DNA of 64,000 nt, from positions 62,001-126,000 of the IMG/VR virus record IMGVR_UViG_3300035182_002586; one strand, 5' to 3'. A program made the position numbers and the translations under genes. Numbering within the stretch: position 1 is the stretch's first letter; each line of letters opens with the position of its first letter. The notes below the pieces were generated by a model. The model had not been told where the DNA came from. It was given only the letters and a program-made list of their open reading frames with translations, and did no database searches. Of the stretch, positions 48,143-58,017 are shown in pieces.

Positions 48143-48820
48143 ATGCTGGTACAGGCCACGACCCCCAGGCCCCTCTTCAACCTCGCCGAGTACCCGGAGT
48201 ACGTGCGCATCCACGCGCTTCGGAAGGCAGGGGTGTCAAAGGGCTCCGTCTTCTTCTCGGTGGCGACGGACGTGGAGCACGGCAACAAGATGACGGTCCC
48301 GCTCGATCCCCTCGTCGTCTACGACGTGGACGGGGAGACCGGGTTCTCGTTGATGGAGTACGTCATCCCGTTCGACAAGATCTACGCGACGGTGGGCAGG
48401 GATATCACCATGGCTCTGCTCGGGGCCGGTGGTTACCACGTCACCGTGCACTCGGCTTTCCGGGCCGACTCACGGATGTACAGCGAGCGGGTCCTCTCGT
48501 TCCAACTTCTCCTCCCCGTCACGGGAGGGGGGATCATTCGCCTCGGGGGTGATTCGGTCGACATCACGAACCCGACGCTCAACCCTCGGGCCCCAACGCC
48601 AAGCGCCTCTCGGAACCTGGAACTGGCGGACGCGCTGAACCGCACTCACGGGGTGCCGAAGAACGCCTCGGACATCGAGAAGCGGCGGGCAGCCCGTCTG
48701 GCGGCCGCCAAGGCGTCAGAGGACCGCGTGCGGGCCGAGGAAGGGCAAGATCGAGCGCTTCCTCAGACCACGGGCGAGATCCCGGCGCTCCCGGAGTCCA
48801 CGGAGAGGGAGCCCGAGTGA
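48143..48820 (+). CDS. Hypothetical protein
   Basis: AGGAG RBS; ORF. Confidence 0.7.
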   Translation: MLVQATTPRPLFNLAEYPEYVRIHALRKAGVSKGSVFFSVATDVEHGNKMTVPLDPLVVYDVDGETGFSLMEYVIPFDKIYATVGRDITMALLGAGGYHVTVHSAFRADSRMYSERVLSFQLLLPVTGGGIIRLGGDSVDITNPTLNPRAPTPSASRNLELADALNRTHGVPKNASDIEKRRAARLAAAKASEDRVRAEEGQDRALPQTTGEIPALPESTEREPE

Positions 48821-49095
48821 CAAGGGAAGAGCTAGACGCTCTCCTCGACCCCCTCTTCCAGGAGATCGGCGAGATCAACACGCGGAACGGCTTCCGTGTT
48901 ACGGGCCGTTCCCCTGAGGACATGGCTCGGTTCGATGAGGTCTTCGCGGAGATTGACCGTCTTCAAGACGAGTTCGACGTGGAGCACCCGGTGCCCCCGT
49001 GCCCGGGGTGCGGGACCGCTCGTTCGGCTATCCTCGGAGCGGAGACCTGCTTGAACATCGGGCAGTGCCGGCTCGCCCCCTTCCCCGGGGGTTGA
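48817..49095 (+). CDS. Hypothetical protein
   Basis: Coupled ORF. Confidence 0.55.
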   Translation: MTREELDALLDPLFQEIGEINTRNGFRVTGRSPEDMARFDEVFAEIDRLQDEFDVEHPVPPCPGCGTARSAILGAETCLNIGQCRLAPFPGG

Positions 49096-50529
49096 TCACT
49101 CCGGGAGCTTGAACGCCGAGCCCAAACCCACGTCTTCGAGCTTCACCCCGAGGTCGATCCCACGCTCGTCGAGCATGGCGAGGATGCGGTGGGCCAGCTC
49201 CGGGTGCTGGACCATGACTTCTTTGAGCATCCGTTTCTTCGCGGCCTTGCCCGGCTGGCTCGTGATCTCCAGCACGAGACCCTTCGGGGTGCGGTAGTCG
49301 GTGGGCTTCGGGGCGAGCCTCTGCATGCGGTCCAGCATCGGCATCAGCTCGCTCGCGACGACGCGCATGTCCTCGTCGCGGATGGCGCGGATCATCTGCC
49401 AGATCCCCGCCGTGTACTTGAAGTCGAGGAAGCGCGGGTACCAGGTGCGCACCCCCGGCGGGAAGTGCTCCATCATGGCGCCGTGGCTGTGCTCCAGGTT
49501 GTTGGCCCGGTCCACCGCGTGGATGGCCGCTTTGCCGCTGGCCGACTGGAGGTTGTGGTAGGAGCTGATGGCTTCCATCCAGCCATCTCGGTCCGAGTCA
49601 CTGCCATAGCGGCTCTCCAGCTCGCGGATGGCATCGGGGATCGAGTGGATGTCGCGCTGGAAGTTGACCGTCACCTCAGTGCCGTGCACCTGGAACTTGA
49701 ACGAGTAGGGGACCTTCTCGGCTTTCCCATACTCGTTGAACGCCTTGGTGAAGCGGTCGATGTTACCAGGGAGCCACTCCTTGAAGAACCAGTCCTTGGG
49801 CTCCTCCGCGGGCCTCATCGGCTTCGCTGCGGGCGGTGTGTGTACGAGCTGAGCTGCCTGCGGGAGCTGTTGGAGAACGCGTGTGTCGAGGATCTTCGTG
49901 AACCAGACGGTCCCGTCGAACTCGAACCCCAGGTCGCGCAGCTTGGTGCGGTTCGTGTAGGTCAGGTTCGACTTGGGGATCTCATAGACGTGGCGGGACG
50001 AGTTGAAGGTGATGGGCATCTGCTCCATCTCCGACATCGCCGTCTTCGTGTGGTTCTTGACCCAATCCTGCCAGACGACGCGGACGACCTTCTGGCCGAG
50101 GGCGTCGATGCGGTCGAGCTTGAGGAACTTGGTGGCTTCGGCCGGCACGAACTCGGACGGTGGCTTCGGCTTGCTCGTCAGCATGGACGGAATGGCCTCC
50201 ACCCAGTCCCCGAGGGCCTCTTGCAGGGCCTTCATGGCCTTCGACTGCTGCGTGAGGTTCGCGCGGTTCAGGAAGACGTAGCCGAGCCACTCGGCGAACC
50301 GGCGCGCATACTCCGTCGCCAACGAGGAGGCGAACATCTTGACTCGGCTGTCGTTCGTGTCCGACGCGAGGTAGTCGAACACGTAGGTCGCGTGGCAGAT
50401 GTCGTAGGATGAGAACGTCCCCATGCTCGACGCGAGGGCGGGAAGCATGGGGGCCACGTCCTCGGTCGGATCGATGCCCCCGGCCTGACGGAGCTTCCAA
50501 AGGGCGGAGGAGGGGGAGATCGGCGCCAT
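49096..50529 (-). CDS. Hypothetical protein, possibly virion-internal
   Basis: Long ORF with strong phage codon bias; start MAPISP. Confidence 0.7.
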   Translation of the reverse strand: MAPISPSSALWKLRQAGGIDPTEDVAPMLPALASSMGTFSSYDICHATYVFDYLASDTNDSRVKMFASSLATEYARRFAEWLGYVFLNRANLTQQSKAMKALQEALGDWVEAIPSMLTSKPKPPSEFVPAEATKFLKLDRIDALGQKVVRVVWQDWVKNHTKTAMSEMEQMPITFNSSRHVYEIPKSNLTYTNRTKLRDLGFEFDGTVWFTKILDTRVLQQLPQAAQLVHTPPAAKPMRPAEEPKDWFFKEWLPGNIDRFTKAFNEYGKAEKVPYSFKFQVHGTEVTVNFQRDIHSIPDAIRELESRYGSDSDRDGWMEAISSYHNLQSASGKAAIHAVDRANNLEHSHGAMMEHFPPGVRTWYPRFLDFKYTAGIWQMIRAIRDEDMRVVASELMPMLDRMQRLAPKPTDYRTPKGLVLEITSQPGKAAKKRMLKEVMVQHPELAHRILAMLDERGIDLGVKLEDVGLGSAFKLPE

Positions 50530-50660
50530 CTTGCTGTCCCTGTCGTACAACAAGAAGCGCAGAGGGGGTGGACCGGACATACCCTGTCCGACCCCCGCGT
50601 TTCAGGTCGTTCGGGAGCCTACCGCCGGTGTAAGGGACGGGCCAAGGAGGCAAACACCGA

Positions 50661-51530
50661 ATGTCGAACGCAACCAGCTACAAGGTGGCCGAGTCACTGT
50701 ACCTCGTCCGCCAGGAAGTCGCGAAGGGGAACCAGGTCGCGAAGCCGGTCGAGATCCCGACCAACCACATCCTGGAGATCGACTGCTCAGGGAGCATGTC
50801 ATGGGATCTCCCCAAGATCCGCGAGCAGGTCAAGAAGAAGCTGGTGAAGCTGCTCAAGGAGGGGGACACCCTCTCCATCGTCTGGTTCAGCGGGCGTGGA
50901 CAGTGCGGGGTTCTCCTGGAAGGTGAGCCGGTCGCGACGCTGGCGGACCTCAACAACGTGAACGCTGCGGTCGATCGCTGGCTCAAGCCGGTCGGCATGA
51001 CGGGCTTCAAGGAGCCGCTGGAGCTGCTCCCGGGCCTGATCGAGCGTCTCGCGAAGAAGTACCCCAAGAACGTCAACTCGCTGATGTTCCTCTCGGACGG
51101 CTGCGACAACCAGTGGTCGCGCCCCGACGTGCTCAAGGCGATGGAGAAGGCGGCCGGCGGGCTCTCAGCCACCACGGTCGTCGAGTACGGCTACTACGCG
51201 GATCGTCCACTGCTCACGGCGATGGCCGAGCGCGCGGGTGGGAGCCTCATCCACGCGGCGGGGTTCGACAAGTTCGAGCCCATCCTCGAAGCCTCGCTCA
51301 AGAAACAGGTCGTCGGCGGCAAGCGCGTCGAGATCGACGTGAAGGGTGACGTCATCGGCGGCTTCGTCTGGATGGAGGACAACGGCGACCTCGTGACCTA
51401 CGGGATCGCGGACGGCAAGGCGCACGTCGCCGAGCAGACGCAGGCGGTGTGGTACCTCTCGCCGACTCCTATGGGGAAGGTGGAGGGGAACCTGAGCCAG
51501 TTGGCGGAACAGGCGTCGAAGGCGGCTTGA
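50661..51530 (+). CDS. vWA-domain protein, N-terminal part of a probable split gene
   Basis: IDCSGSM, GMTGF, FLSDGCDN; AAGGAGG RBS. Confidence 0.85.
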   Translation: MSNATSYKVAESLYLVRQEVAKGNQVAKPVEIPTNHILEIDCSGSMSWDLPKIREQVKKKLVKLLKEGDTLSIVWFSGRGQCGVLLEGEPVATLADLNNVNAAVDRWLKPVGMTGFKEPLELLPGLIERLAKKYPKNVNSLMFLSDGCDNQWSRPDVLKAMEKAAGGLSATTVVEYGYYADRPLLTAMAERAGGSLIHAAGFDKFEPILEASLKKQVVGGKRVEIDVKGDVIGGFVWMEDNGDLVTYGIADGKAHVAEQTQAVWYLSPTPMGKVEGNLSQLAEQASKAA

Positions 51531-52110
51531 GCCGCTCTTCCCGTCTACGCCACGTCCGAATGTGATGGCAGTTCGCGCAGACAAGCTCGCACTTCGCGAC
51601 TTCGGCCTGGAGGACTGCCATCGAGTACGCACGGTTCTTCATGCGAGCGATGTCCATCACCTTCCCGGACTTCACATGATCGAACTGCATCGCAGCGTGG
51701 TGGAACGTACCCCCACAGTCTGTGCAGGGCTTTGATTTCAACTCGCGGATGAACGCTCGTTGCTCATCTCGAACGCGGGAAGCTCGTTTCTTCGAGCGTT
51801 CCATCTGCTCTCCCTTGTGACGGGCGTACCAGGCTCGCCGGTAGGGACGAAGGCAGATCGTACAGGTTCGCTGGTACTTCCCCTTGGCCTTGTTGGCGAC
51901 AGGAAAATCCCCCAAGGGCTTCCATTCCTTGCATCGCCAGCATCGTCGCAAGCCAGGGTTCGCGGTGCTTTGGGTAGAACACGTCGGCCGTTTGTGCCCT
52001 GCCTGCCCGCACAACCCGCACTTCTGGTGGGGCCCAGGCTCTAAGGTCTTCGTTTGATAGTTCACACCGAACACGGTGTATAAGAGATTTAGGAAAGCAA
52101 AGGTTCCCAT
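51469..52110 (-). CDS. HNH endonuclease with N-terminal zinc knuckle
   Basis: CGLCGQAGHKRPTC; CTDCG...FDHV...KCELVCANCH; start uncertain. Confidence 0.8.
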   Translation of the reverse strand: MGTFAFLNLLYTVFGVNYQTKTLEPGPHQKCGLCGQAGHKRPTCSTQSTANPGLRRCWRCKEWKPLGDFPVANKAKGKYQRTCTICLRPYRRAWYARHKGEQMERSKKRASRVRDEQRAFIRELKSKPCTDCGGTFHHAAMQFDHVKSGKVMDIARMKNRAYSMAVLQAEVAKCELVCANCHHIRTWRRREERLKPPSTPVPPTGSGSPPPSP

Positions 52111-53596
52111 GCCCTCGAACGACCCCGTTTCCGCTGCTTACGCTGCTGTCTCGCTTTTCAGCGTTCGTGCGAAGCCCGAAGTGGTTCTCCCTCTGCTTGG
52201 TGCGTTGGGGGATAAGGCTCTCCTGGAGCGTTTCGGAGGGCTTTTCGGCAAGCAGAAGTACTCGGATTTCATGGCGGAGACGAAAGCCGCGTCGTTCGAC
52301 CCGAAGCTCCGTCTCATCAAGGGGTACGATCCGAACGCCCTGCCTCGGGACGACGCGTTCACCGTCCTCGACATGCTCCGCCTGCTCGCGTCCGACGAGG
52401 ACAACAAGGTCCTCCTCGACCACGAAGCGTTCAAGTACAGCCGCATCTCACGCGGGCGCGTCGACGCGTTCACCGTCCTCACGGCGGACGAGCAGGCGGA
52501 GGTCGAGCGCCTCACCGAGGAGCTGACCAAGGCCAAGAAGGATGCCAAGAAGGTCGCCGAGCTGAGCGCGAAGATCGCGGCCATCTCCAACAAGCCTGCG
52601 CCGCTCAAGTTCGAGGCGGACCCGGCGCCCGACGGCTACTCGGTCTCCAACCTCACGTACAACGAGGAGCACCCGAACGTCAGCCTGCTCGTCCGCAAGA
52701 CCGGTACGGTCGACATCTCAGGCCGTCTCCCGGCGGAGATCACCGGCGTCCCGGCCAAGTTCCCGACGTTCATCTTCCGCAACTACGCAGTGGTGAAGGA
52801 TGGGCTCGTCAACGTCGAGGTCCTCCCGACCAAGCTCTCAGCGGCGACGCTCGCGAAGCTCTTCGAGCTGCACAAGGCGGGGAAGTTCTCCGACGAGGTG
52901 GTGAAGTCGGACGGCAACGTCGTCCTCCTCAACTTCAAGTCGCTGCCGGTCATCAACCGCACGATGGTGAAGGCGACGTCGGCGAAGGCCCTCTTCGAGA
53001 ATGAGTGGGCGCTCACGCGCATCCAGGCCGAGCAGAAGGTCTACAAGTCGTTCGCCAAGGAGAAGTTCGGGACCAAGAAGTCCGCGGGCTTCGAGGAGAC
53101 GTACGGTAAGGCGGCGGCCGACTGGCTCAAGGAGCAGGGCTTCACCGACTACTCGGGCTTCTCGCCGAAGAGTGTCCAGGCCGAGTCGACCGACGTGTAC
53201 GTCGCCAAGGAGCTGTCGATCGTGATCAAGGGCTTCTCAGCGATCCCGAGCCTCAACGACTTCAAGAAGCAGGCGGCGAAGGGGAAGTTCACCCCGTCGG
53301 CGCAGCTCATGAAGGACGCGGCCGATGCCGTCGAGAAGTTCCTCGCTTCCGACGACTACAAGAACGGCGGCGACCCGGCGTTCGAGAAGTGGCTCAAGGA
53401 CAAGGACAAGGCGCTCGACAAGACGCGCCGCGCCCTCATCGCCAACAAGGCGCAGCAGATCTTCTGCGTGGTAGTAGGTCAGACGTGGCCGGTGGAGTTC
53501 GCGTCAATCGACGAAACGCAGTTGAAGATCACCACTCCGGAGGGTAACGTCCTGGAGTGCGAAGTGAAGATGCGAGATCGCGAGATCAAGATCTAA
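52109..53596 (+). CDS. Hypothetical protein, probable C-terminal partner of the vWA gene
   Basis: Same strand and codon style as 50661-51530; own GGTGTA motif at ~52075. Confidence 0.7.
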   Translation: MPSNDPVSAAYAAVSLFSVRAKPEVVLPLLGALGDKALLERFGGLFGKQKYSDFMAETKAASFDPKLRLIKGYDPNALPRDDAFTVLDMLRLLASDEDNKVLLDHEAFKYSRISRGRVDAFTVLTADEQAEVERLTEELTKAKKDAKKVAELSAKIAAISNKPAPLKFEADPAPDGYSVSNLTYNEEHPNVSLLVRKTGTVDISGRLPAEITGVPAKFPTFIFRNYAVVKDGLVNVEVLPTKLSAATLAKLFELHKAGKFSDEVVKSDGNVVLLNFKSLPVINRTMVKATSAKALFENEWALTRIQAEQKVYKSFAKEKFGTKKSAGFEETYGKAAADWLKEQGFTDYSGFSPKSVQAESTDVYVAKELSIVIKGFSAIPSLNDFKKQAAKGKFTPSAQLMKDAADAVEKFLASDDYKNGGDPAFEKWLKDKDKALDKTRRALIANKAQQIFCVVVGQTWPVEFASIDETQLKITTPEGNVLECEVKMRDREIKI

Positions 53597-54020
53597 GACC
53601 TTGGGTGGTCTACACCCTGACAGACCCAAGGGAACCTGAGGTCGTCCGTTACGTGGGCTGGGCGAGCAGCCCAGCCCACGTAATCGTCTTCGTACCCACA
53701 TCAATCAAGCGCGAAGTGGTAAAGACACCACACGCTGCGGGAATTGGAAAAGGTCCCTGCTGCAAGACGGCGTGGAGCCCTGCCTCACGGTTATTGAAGC
53801 AGGAGTGGGTAGGGAGTGGGCGACAGCGGAGATGCGGTGGGTAGCATACTATCGCGCCCTGTCCGGCTCCCGCCTCACTAATCTCACCGACGGCGGGGAC
53901 GGGGCTAGAGGTTGCACACGTTCAGCAGAGACGCGTGCCAAGATGAGTGCTGCAAGTCGGGGCCGCACTCACTCCGAAGAGACCAAAGCAAAGCTGCGAG
54001 CTGACCGCTTGGGAGTACCC
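53597..54020 (+). pseudogene. Frameshifted GIY-YIG/NUMOD3 endonuclease
   Basis: VYTLTDPR...RYVGW, frameshift near 53670, then RLRTHI...EMRWV...LTNLTDGGDG...SAETRAKMS. Confidence 0.75.
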
Positions 54021-54325
54021 CGGACGCCTACAAGTCGGCGTGCTCGGTCAACCACGGGTCGGGCCGGACGATGGCGCGTGGCAAGGCGAAGCGGCAGCTC
54101 GAACACAAGCAGGACCGCATCGACGCCGAGATGGCGGAGGTGAAGCGGACGTTCGCGGGTGTTTCCGTCGAAGGGGTGATGATCAACCACCGACACGTGC
54201 CCCTCGACGAATGTGAGCACGTCTACAAGGATCTCGACGAGGTGCTCCGCGTCCTGGAGACCGAGAACATCGCGAGGGTCGCGAACCGCCTGTTCCCCGT
54301 GGCCAACTTGAAGGGGGCTGACTGA
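54020..54325 (+). pseudogene. rtcB: C-terminal fragment of RtcB RNA ligase
   Basis: SACSVNHGSGRTMAR..AK...DEC..VYKDLDEVL...L.PVANLKG; N-terminal portion absent. Confidence 0.8.
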
Positions 54326-54330
54326 TCTAC

Positions 54331-54625
54331 TTGTTGCACCCGGAGGGCGCTCCGGTCGTGCTGATCTACGCCCACCTGGCTGAAGCTCTCGTGGGGCCAG
54401 GGGGGAAGCTCCACACCAGGCAGGCGATCGGCACCGTCGGGACCTTCAAGGTCAACGGCGGGTGGTTTCCGCACGTCCACGTGCAGGCCATCGACCTCGC
54501 CTACTACACATCGCTCCAGGGGGACCTCGCCGAGATCGACGGGTACGGGCCCTTGCAGGAGCGCGAGCTGCTGGCTCACCGGTTCCCGGACCCGACGCCC
54601 TGGTTCTCCATCCCATTACCCCCAG
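54331..54625 (+). pseudogene. C-terminal fragment of an M23-peptidase-like gene
   Basis: IYAHL...IGTVG....NGGWFPHVHVQ...DGYG...FPDP; N-terminal half missing. Confidence 0.6.
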
Positions 54626-54646
54626 CGCGCCGGTGTACCCAAGACC

Positions 54647-55042
54647 ATGCACAACCTGAGCATGGTCCAAGCTCTCGCTCTCTGGTCGGAGCTGGAGTCG
54701 GCCTTCCACGGGGACAACTCGTACAGCGGCGACACGGCCGAGATCTACGCCTACCGGCTGATGCCACACGACCCGTTGGGTCTGTCGTATATCGACCGGA
54801 GCCGTAACGCGGTAGGGCGGGAGATCTTCGAGGGGTTGGCGGGGGAGAGCGCGAGGGACTTGCTGCGCAACGCGGCGCAGTCCCTTCGGGCCCTCATCCT
54901 CCACTTCGAGGCGACGCACTCCCGTACGCGCGTCCTCGTGAACGCGGGCGATGCGGGCATGATCCCTGCGGCCGAGTGGCTCGCGACGAACTTCTTCACC
55001 CACCGGATCCACGTCCAGGTGGTTCAGGAGGCGACCGGATGA
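54647..55042 (+). CDS. Hypothetical protein
   Basis: GGTGTA 9 nt upstream. Confidence 0.65.
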   Translation: MHNLSMVQALALWSELESAFHGDNSYSGDTAEIYAYRLMPHDPLGLSYIDRSRNAVGREIFEGLAGESARDLLRNAAQSLRALILHFEATHSRTRVLVNAGDAGMIPAAEWLATNFFTHRIHVQVVQEATG

Positions 55043-55239
55043 CTCTACCCTGGAACTCCGGCGTCCTCGCCTCGTGGTCGATCGTGGGGATGAACCACTA
55101 CCACCTCGGGGGCGTCCGCCGCCTCTTCGTCGCCATGGTGAAGGACGGCCGGTGCATCAAGGCCGAAGGGGCGGACGAGGCCGGCGTCTTCGAGGAGCTG
55201 ACCAAGCTGGCGATGGATCCCCCACGTCCAGTACTGTAG
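55039..55239 (+). CDS. Small hypothetical protein
   Basis: ATGA coupling; WSIVGMNHY...LFVAM.KDG.CI. Confidence 0.6.
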   Translation: MTLPWNSGVLASWSIVGMNHYHLGGVRRLFVAMVKDGRCIKAEGADEAGVFEELTKLAMDPPRPVL

Positions 55240-55247
55240 TCCCAACC

Positions 55248-55487
55248 GTGAGACCTCTGAGCCTCTTGTCGTTCGCCCTGACTCTGGCCGTGCTCTGTCC
55301 TCAGCAAGAGCCGGAACCGGAACCGGAACCGGAACCGGAACCGGAACCTCCTCCCCCGCCTCCGCGATACAAGCGAGGCTACTACACGTCTGACCCCAAC
55401 CCCAACCCCGTCTACGGCTGCCGGTACTGCCACCGCAACGACGGTGCCCACAACTCGCGCTGCCCCGAGAGAGACCGCCATGGCTGA
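55248..55487 (+). CDS. Small protein with hydrophobic N-terminus and (EP)n repeat
   Basis: GAACCG hexamer tandem at ~55307-55348. Confidence 0.45.
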   Translation: MRPLSLLSFALTLAVLCPQQEPEPEPEPEPEPEPPPPPPRYKRGYYTSDPNPNPVYGCRYCHRNDGAHNSRCPERDRHG

Positions 55488-56058
55488 CATCTACGGCAAG
55501 AACGCGAAGAAGGTGGGCCAAGCCCCGGCTGTCGCGCTGTGCAACCCACGCTTCCCCCACAACGTCGGCGCGGCCGTCCGCGCGGCGAGCTGCTTCGGCG
55601 TCCGTCAGGTCTGGTGGACCGGAGAGCGGATCTCGTTCGCGCTCCAGGTCAAGAAGCGCCTCCCGCGTGAGGAGAGGATGAAGGGCTACCGAGACGTGGA
55701 GCTGCGCCAGTACGACTCGTTCATCGACCAGTTCGAGGACGTGACGCCCGTGGCCGTGGAGCTGCGCCCGAACTCCGAGTCGCTGCCCCTCTTCGAGCAC
55801 CCGAAGAACCCCCTCTACATCTTCGGCCCGGAAGACGGGAGCATCCCCGGGAACATCCTCCGGCACTGCCACCGCTTCGTGGTCATCCCCACGCGTCACT
55901 GCGTGAACCTCGCGGCGGCCGTCTACCTCGTGCTCTACGACCGTCAGGTCAAGATGGCCCCCGACATGACGATCGCGGACGCGCTCGCGGAACGCCGGTT
56001 CGATTTTCCCGAGAACTCCGAGCTGGCCGACGAGCTGGGTCTGGAGAACTCGGGCTGA
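55480..56058 (+). CDS. SpoU/TrmH-family RNA 2'-O-methyltransferase
   Basis: P..PHNVGAAVRAA.CFG, YIFGPEDG, IPT..CVNLAAAV..VLYDR. Confidence 0.88.
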   Translation: MADIYGKNAKKVGQAPAVALCNPRFPHNVGAAVRAASCFGVRQVWWTGERISFALQVKKRLPREERMKGYRDVELRQYDSFIDQFEDVTPVAVELRPNSESLPLFEHPKNPLYIFGPEDGSIPGNILRHCHRFVVIPTRHCVNLAAAVYLVLYDRQVKMAPDMTIADALAERRFDFPENSELADELGLENSG

Positions 56059-56085
56059 CGAGGGTTCCGGTGTAGTCACTGGCCC

Positions 56086-56823
56086 ATGAGGATCCTGCTC
56101 GTACGCCACGGAGAGAGCGAAGCCAACGTCGATCGGAGTGTGCACACGCGGCTGCCCGACCATGCGATCCCGCTGTCGGATCGGGGGCGCGCACAGGCAG
56201 ACGCGGCGGGAGTGTTCCTCGCCAAGTGGCTCGCCTACGGTGGTGCTGGGTACACGTACCAGTTCGGGGACGTCAGCCGCAATCTCTCCCCCGGCCTTCA
56301 CGTAGGATCGGGCAAGCTCCCGTTCCGACTCTGGCAGAGCCCCTACCTACGCGCGCGGCAGACGGCGGAGATCATCCTCGCGGCGGTCAAGCGTGAAACC
56401 GGAGCGGTCCCCGAGTTCGGTGTCCGCGAGCACGTGAACCTGGCCGAGCAACAGTTCGGGCTGTTCGATGGGCTCTCGGACGAAGACCGCAAGGAGCGCT
56501 ACCCCGCGGAGCAGGGACACTTCCAGAAGTGTGAAGACTTCGAGGGGGAGTTCTGGGCTCGGATGCCTCTCGGGGAGAGCCGCTTCGACGTGGCACTGAG
56601 AGTGCACCAGGCGTTCGGAACCTTCCACCGGGACGCAGAGAAGCACCGGATCGATACGATCGTGGTCGTGGCCCACGGGACGACCAATCGGGCGTTCCTC
56701 ATGCAGTGGCTCCACCTCCCCTTCGAGTGGTTCGAGCAGGAGCGCAACCCCAAGAACTGCTCGATCCGCTACATCGCCGACAGGGAAGATGTCGGTTACA
56801 TCTATCCGGGTGAAGGTGCATGA
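56086..56823 (+). CDS. Histidine phosphatase (phosphoglycerate-mutase family)
   Basis: LVRHGES, SPYLRARQT, EQQFG, GES, VAHG. Confidence 0.9.
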   Translation: MRILLVRHGESEANVDRSVHTRLPDHAIPLSDRGRAQADAAGVFLAKWLAYGGAGYTYQFGDVSRNLSPGLHVGSGKLPFRLWQSPYLRARQTAEIILAAVKRETGAVPEFGVREHVNLAEQQFGLFDGLSDEDRKERYPAEQGHFQKCEDFEGEFWARMPLGESRFDVALRVHQAFGTFHRDAEKHRIDTIVVVAHGTTNRAFLMQWLHLPFEWFEQERNPKNCSIRYIADREDVGYIYPGEGA

Positions 56824-57275
56824 GCGCTCCGGTCTGCCTTACCGTCACGTTCCGCTGTGACGAGAACGACCCTCTAGCAGAAGTCGCTCGGGACTACGCA
56901 CCCCGATTCGGGGACGACCACGACTCGATGCCCGACGGCAAGCGTGAGGCCCGCTACTTCCTCGACGACATCTCTGGCCGCACCGGGCCCAACCCGGGCC
57001 GAAACGGCGGCCTGTGTGTCTGGGGGACGATCGGCAACTTCACCCCGCCGGAGGTCTTCGTCGAGGCCCTCATGCCGTTCTTCCTTCGCCTGTGGATCGC
57101 AGGGGTCATCCCCCTCGACGAGCACGTCTTGATCCTGAGTCAGCGCAAGGGTGGGGAGGCCACGCACTTCTGCCTCAGGGTGAACGCCGAAGCCCTGGAG
57201 CAACGCCGGGCCCCGAACCTCACCGATGTCCTGGTTGCGACCGAGGTGTCCGCCCTCGGGTGGTACGACCGTTGA
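56820..57275 (+). CDS. Hypothetical protein
   Basis: Coupled ORF. Confidence 0.6.
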   Translation: MSAPVCLTVTFRCDENDPLAEVARDYAPRFGDDHDSMPDGKREARYFLDDISGRTGPNPGRNGGLCVWGTIGNFTPPEVFVEALMPFFLRLWIAGVIPLDEHVLILSQRKGGEATHFCLRVNAEALEQRRAPNLTDVLVATEVSALGWYDR

Positions 57276-57320
57276 CACGCCGCTAGCGGTCCTTACCCAT
57301 AGGCTCGTCGGAGGAACACT

Positions 57321-57722
57321 ATGAGCGACGCTTGGTTGAAAAAGGTGTGGGAGCACATGGATCGTGCATTCGACAGCGTGTGGTGCGCGTTCGACGAGAC
57401 GTTCGTGCCGGGGGAGAGAGCCGAAGAGTCGTCCGTCGGTCGCAACTACCACGTCGTGTCGAACGACGAGACGGCGATCGTCATCACCCTCGACGTCCCC
57501 GGTGTGAAGCGGGCGGACATCGACGTCGAACTCATCGAAGAGAACCGTCTCCGCATCGCGGGCAAGCGTGAAGGACGCGGGAGCTTCGGGTTGAAGCTCC
57601 GTCTCACCGACATCATCGATCCCGACGGGATCTCGGCGACGCTCGCCGATGGTGTCCTCACCATCACCGCGAAGAAGCTCGTACCCAAGGCTCCGGCGGG
57701 CCGGAAGATCCCGATCGGCTAG
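57321..57722 (+). CDS. Hsp20 small heat-shock protein
   Basis: DVPGVKRADIDVEL...ISATLADGVLTIT; GGAGG RBS. Confidence 0.88.
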   Translation: MSDAWLKKVWEHMDRAFDSVWCAFDETFVPGERAEESSVGRNYHVVSNDETAIVITLDVPGVKRADIDVELIEENRLRIAGKREGRGSFGLKLRLTDIIDPDGISATLADGVLTITAKKLVPKAPAGRKIPIG

Positions 57723-57982
57723 GCTAGGCCGACCGTCCCGACAGAGAGCAAGAGGGTGCGGATCGCATCCGCTTGGCTGAGCAACCGATCGGCCCGTTGA
57801 AGGACCGCCTCGACTTCCTTCGAGAGCGCCTCCATCGCGGGCCGAGCGCTTTCTGGGGTGCACGGGTCGTCCAGCAGAAGACGGATATCCTTGAGCCGCA
57901 GAGCTGCGTCACTGCGCACAACGAGCAGCTCTGCGATGTCCGTCTCGTGGTGTTCGAGAATGGATTGACGCGTCCCCTTCAT
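57719..57982 (-). CDS. Hypothetical coiled-coil protein
   Basis: ORF. Confidence 0.5.
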   Translation of the reverse strand: MKGTRQSILEHHETDIAELLVVRSDAALRLKDIRLLLDDPCTPESARPAMEALSKEVEAVLQRADRLLSQADAIRTLLLSVGTVGLA

Positions 57983-58017
57983 CCCCTAGATCCTCCACCA
58001 AAGGATCCGACAGCCCA

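Noticed and set aside
51469-52110. Group I intron or intein around the HNH gene
   Set aside because: The insert is almost entirely an antisense ORF with no room for a ribozyme core; no intein splice motifs seen
55307-55348. GAACCG tandem repeat as a phase-variation locus
   Set aside because: Unit length is a multiple of three and encodes an (EP)n linker
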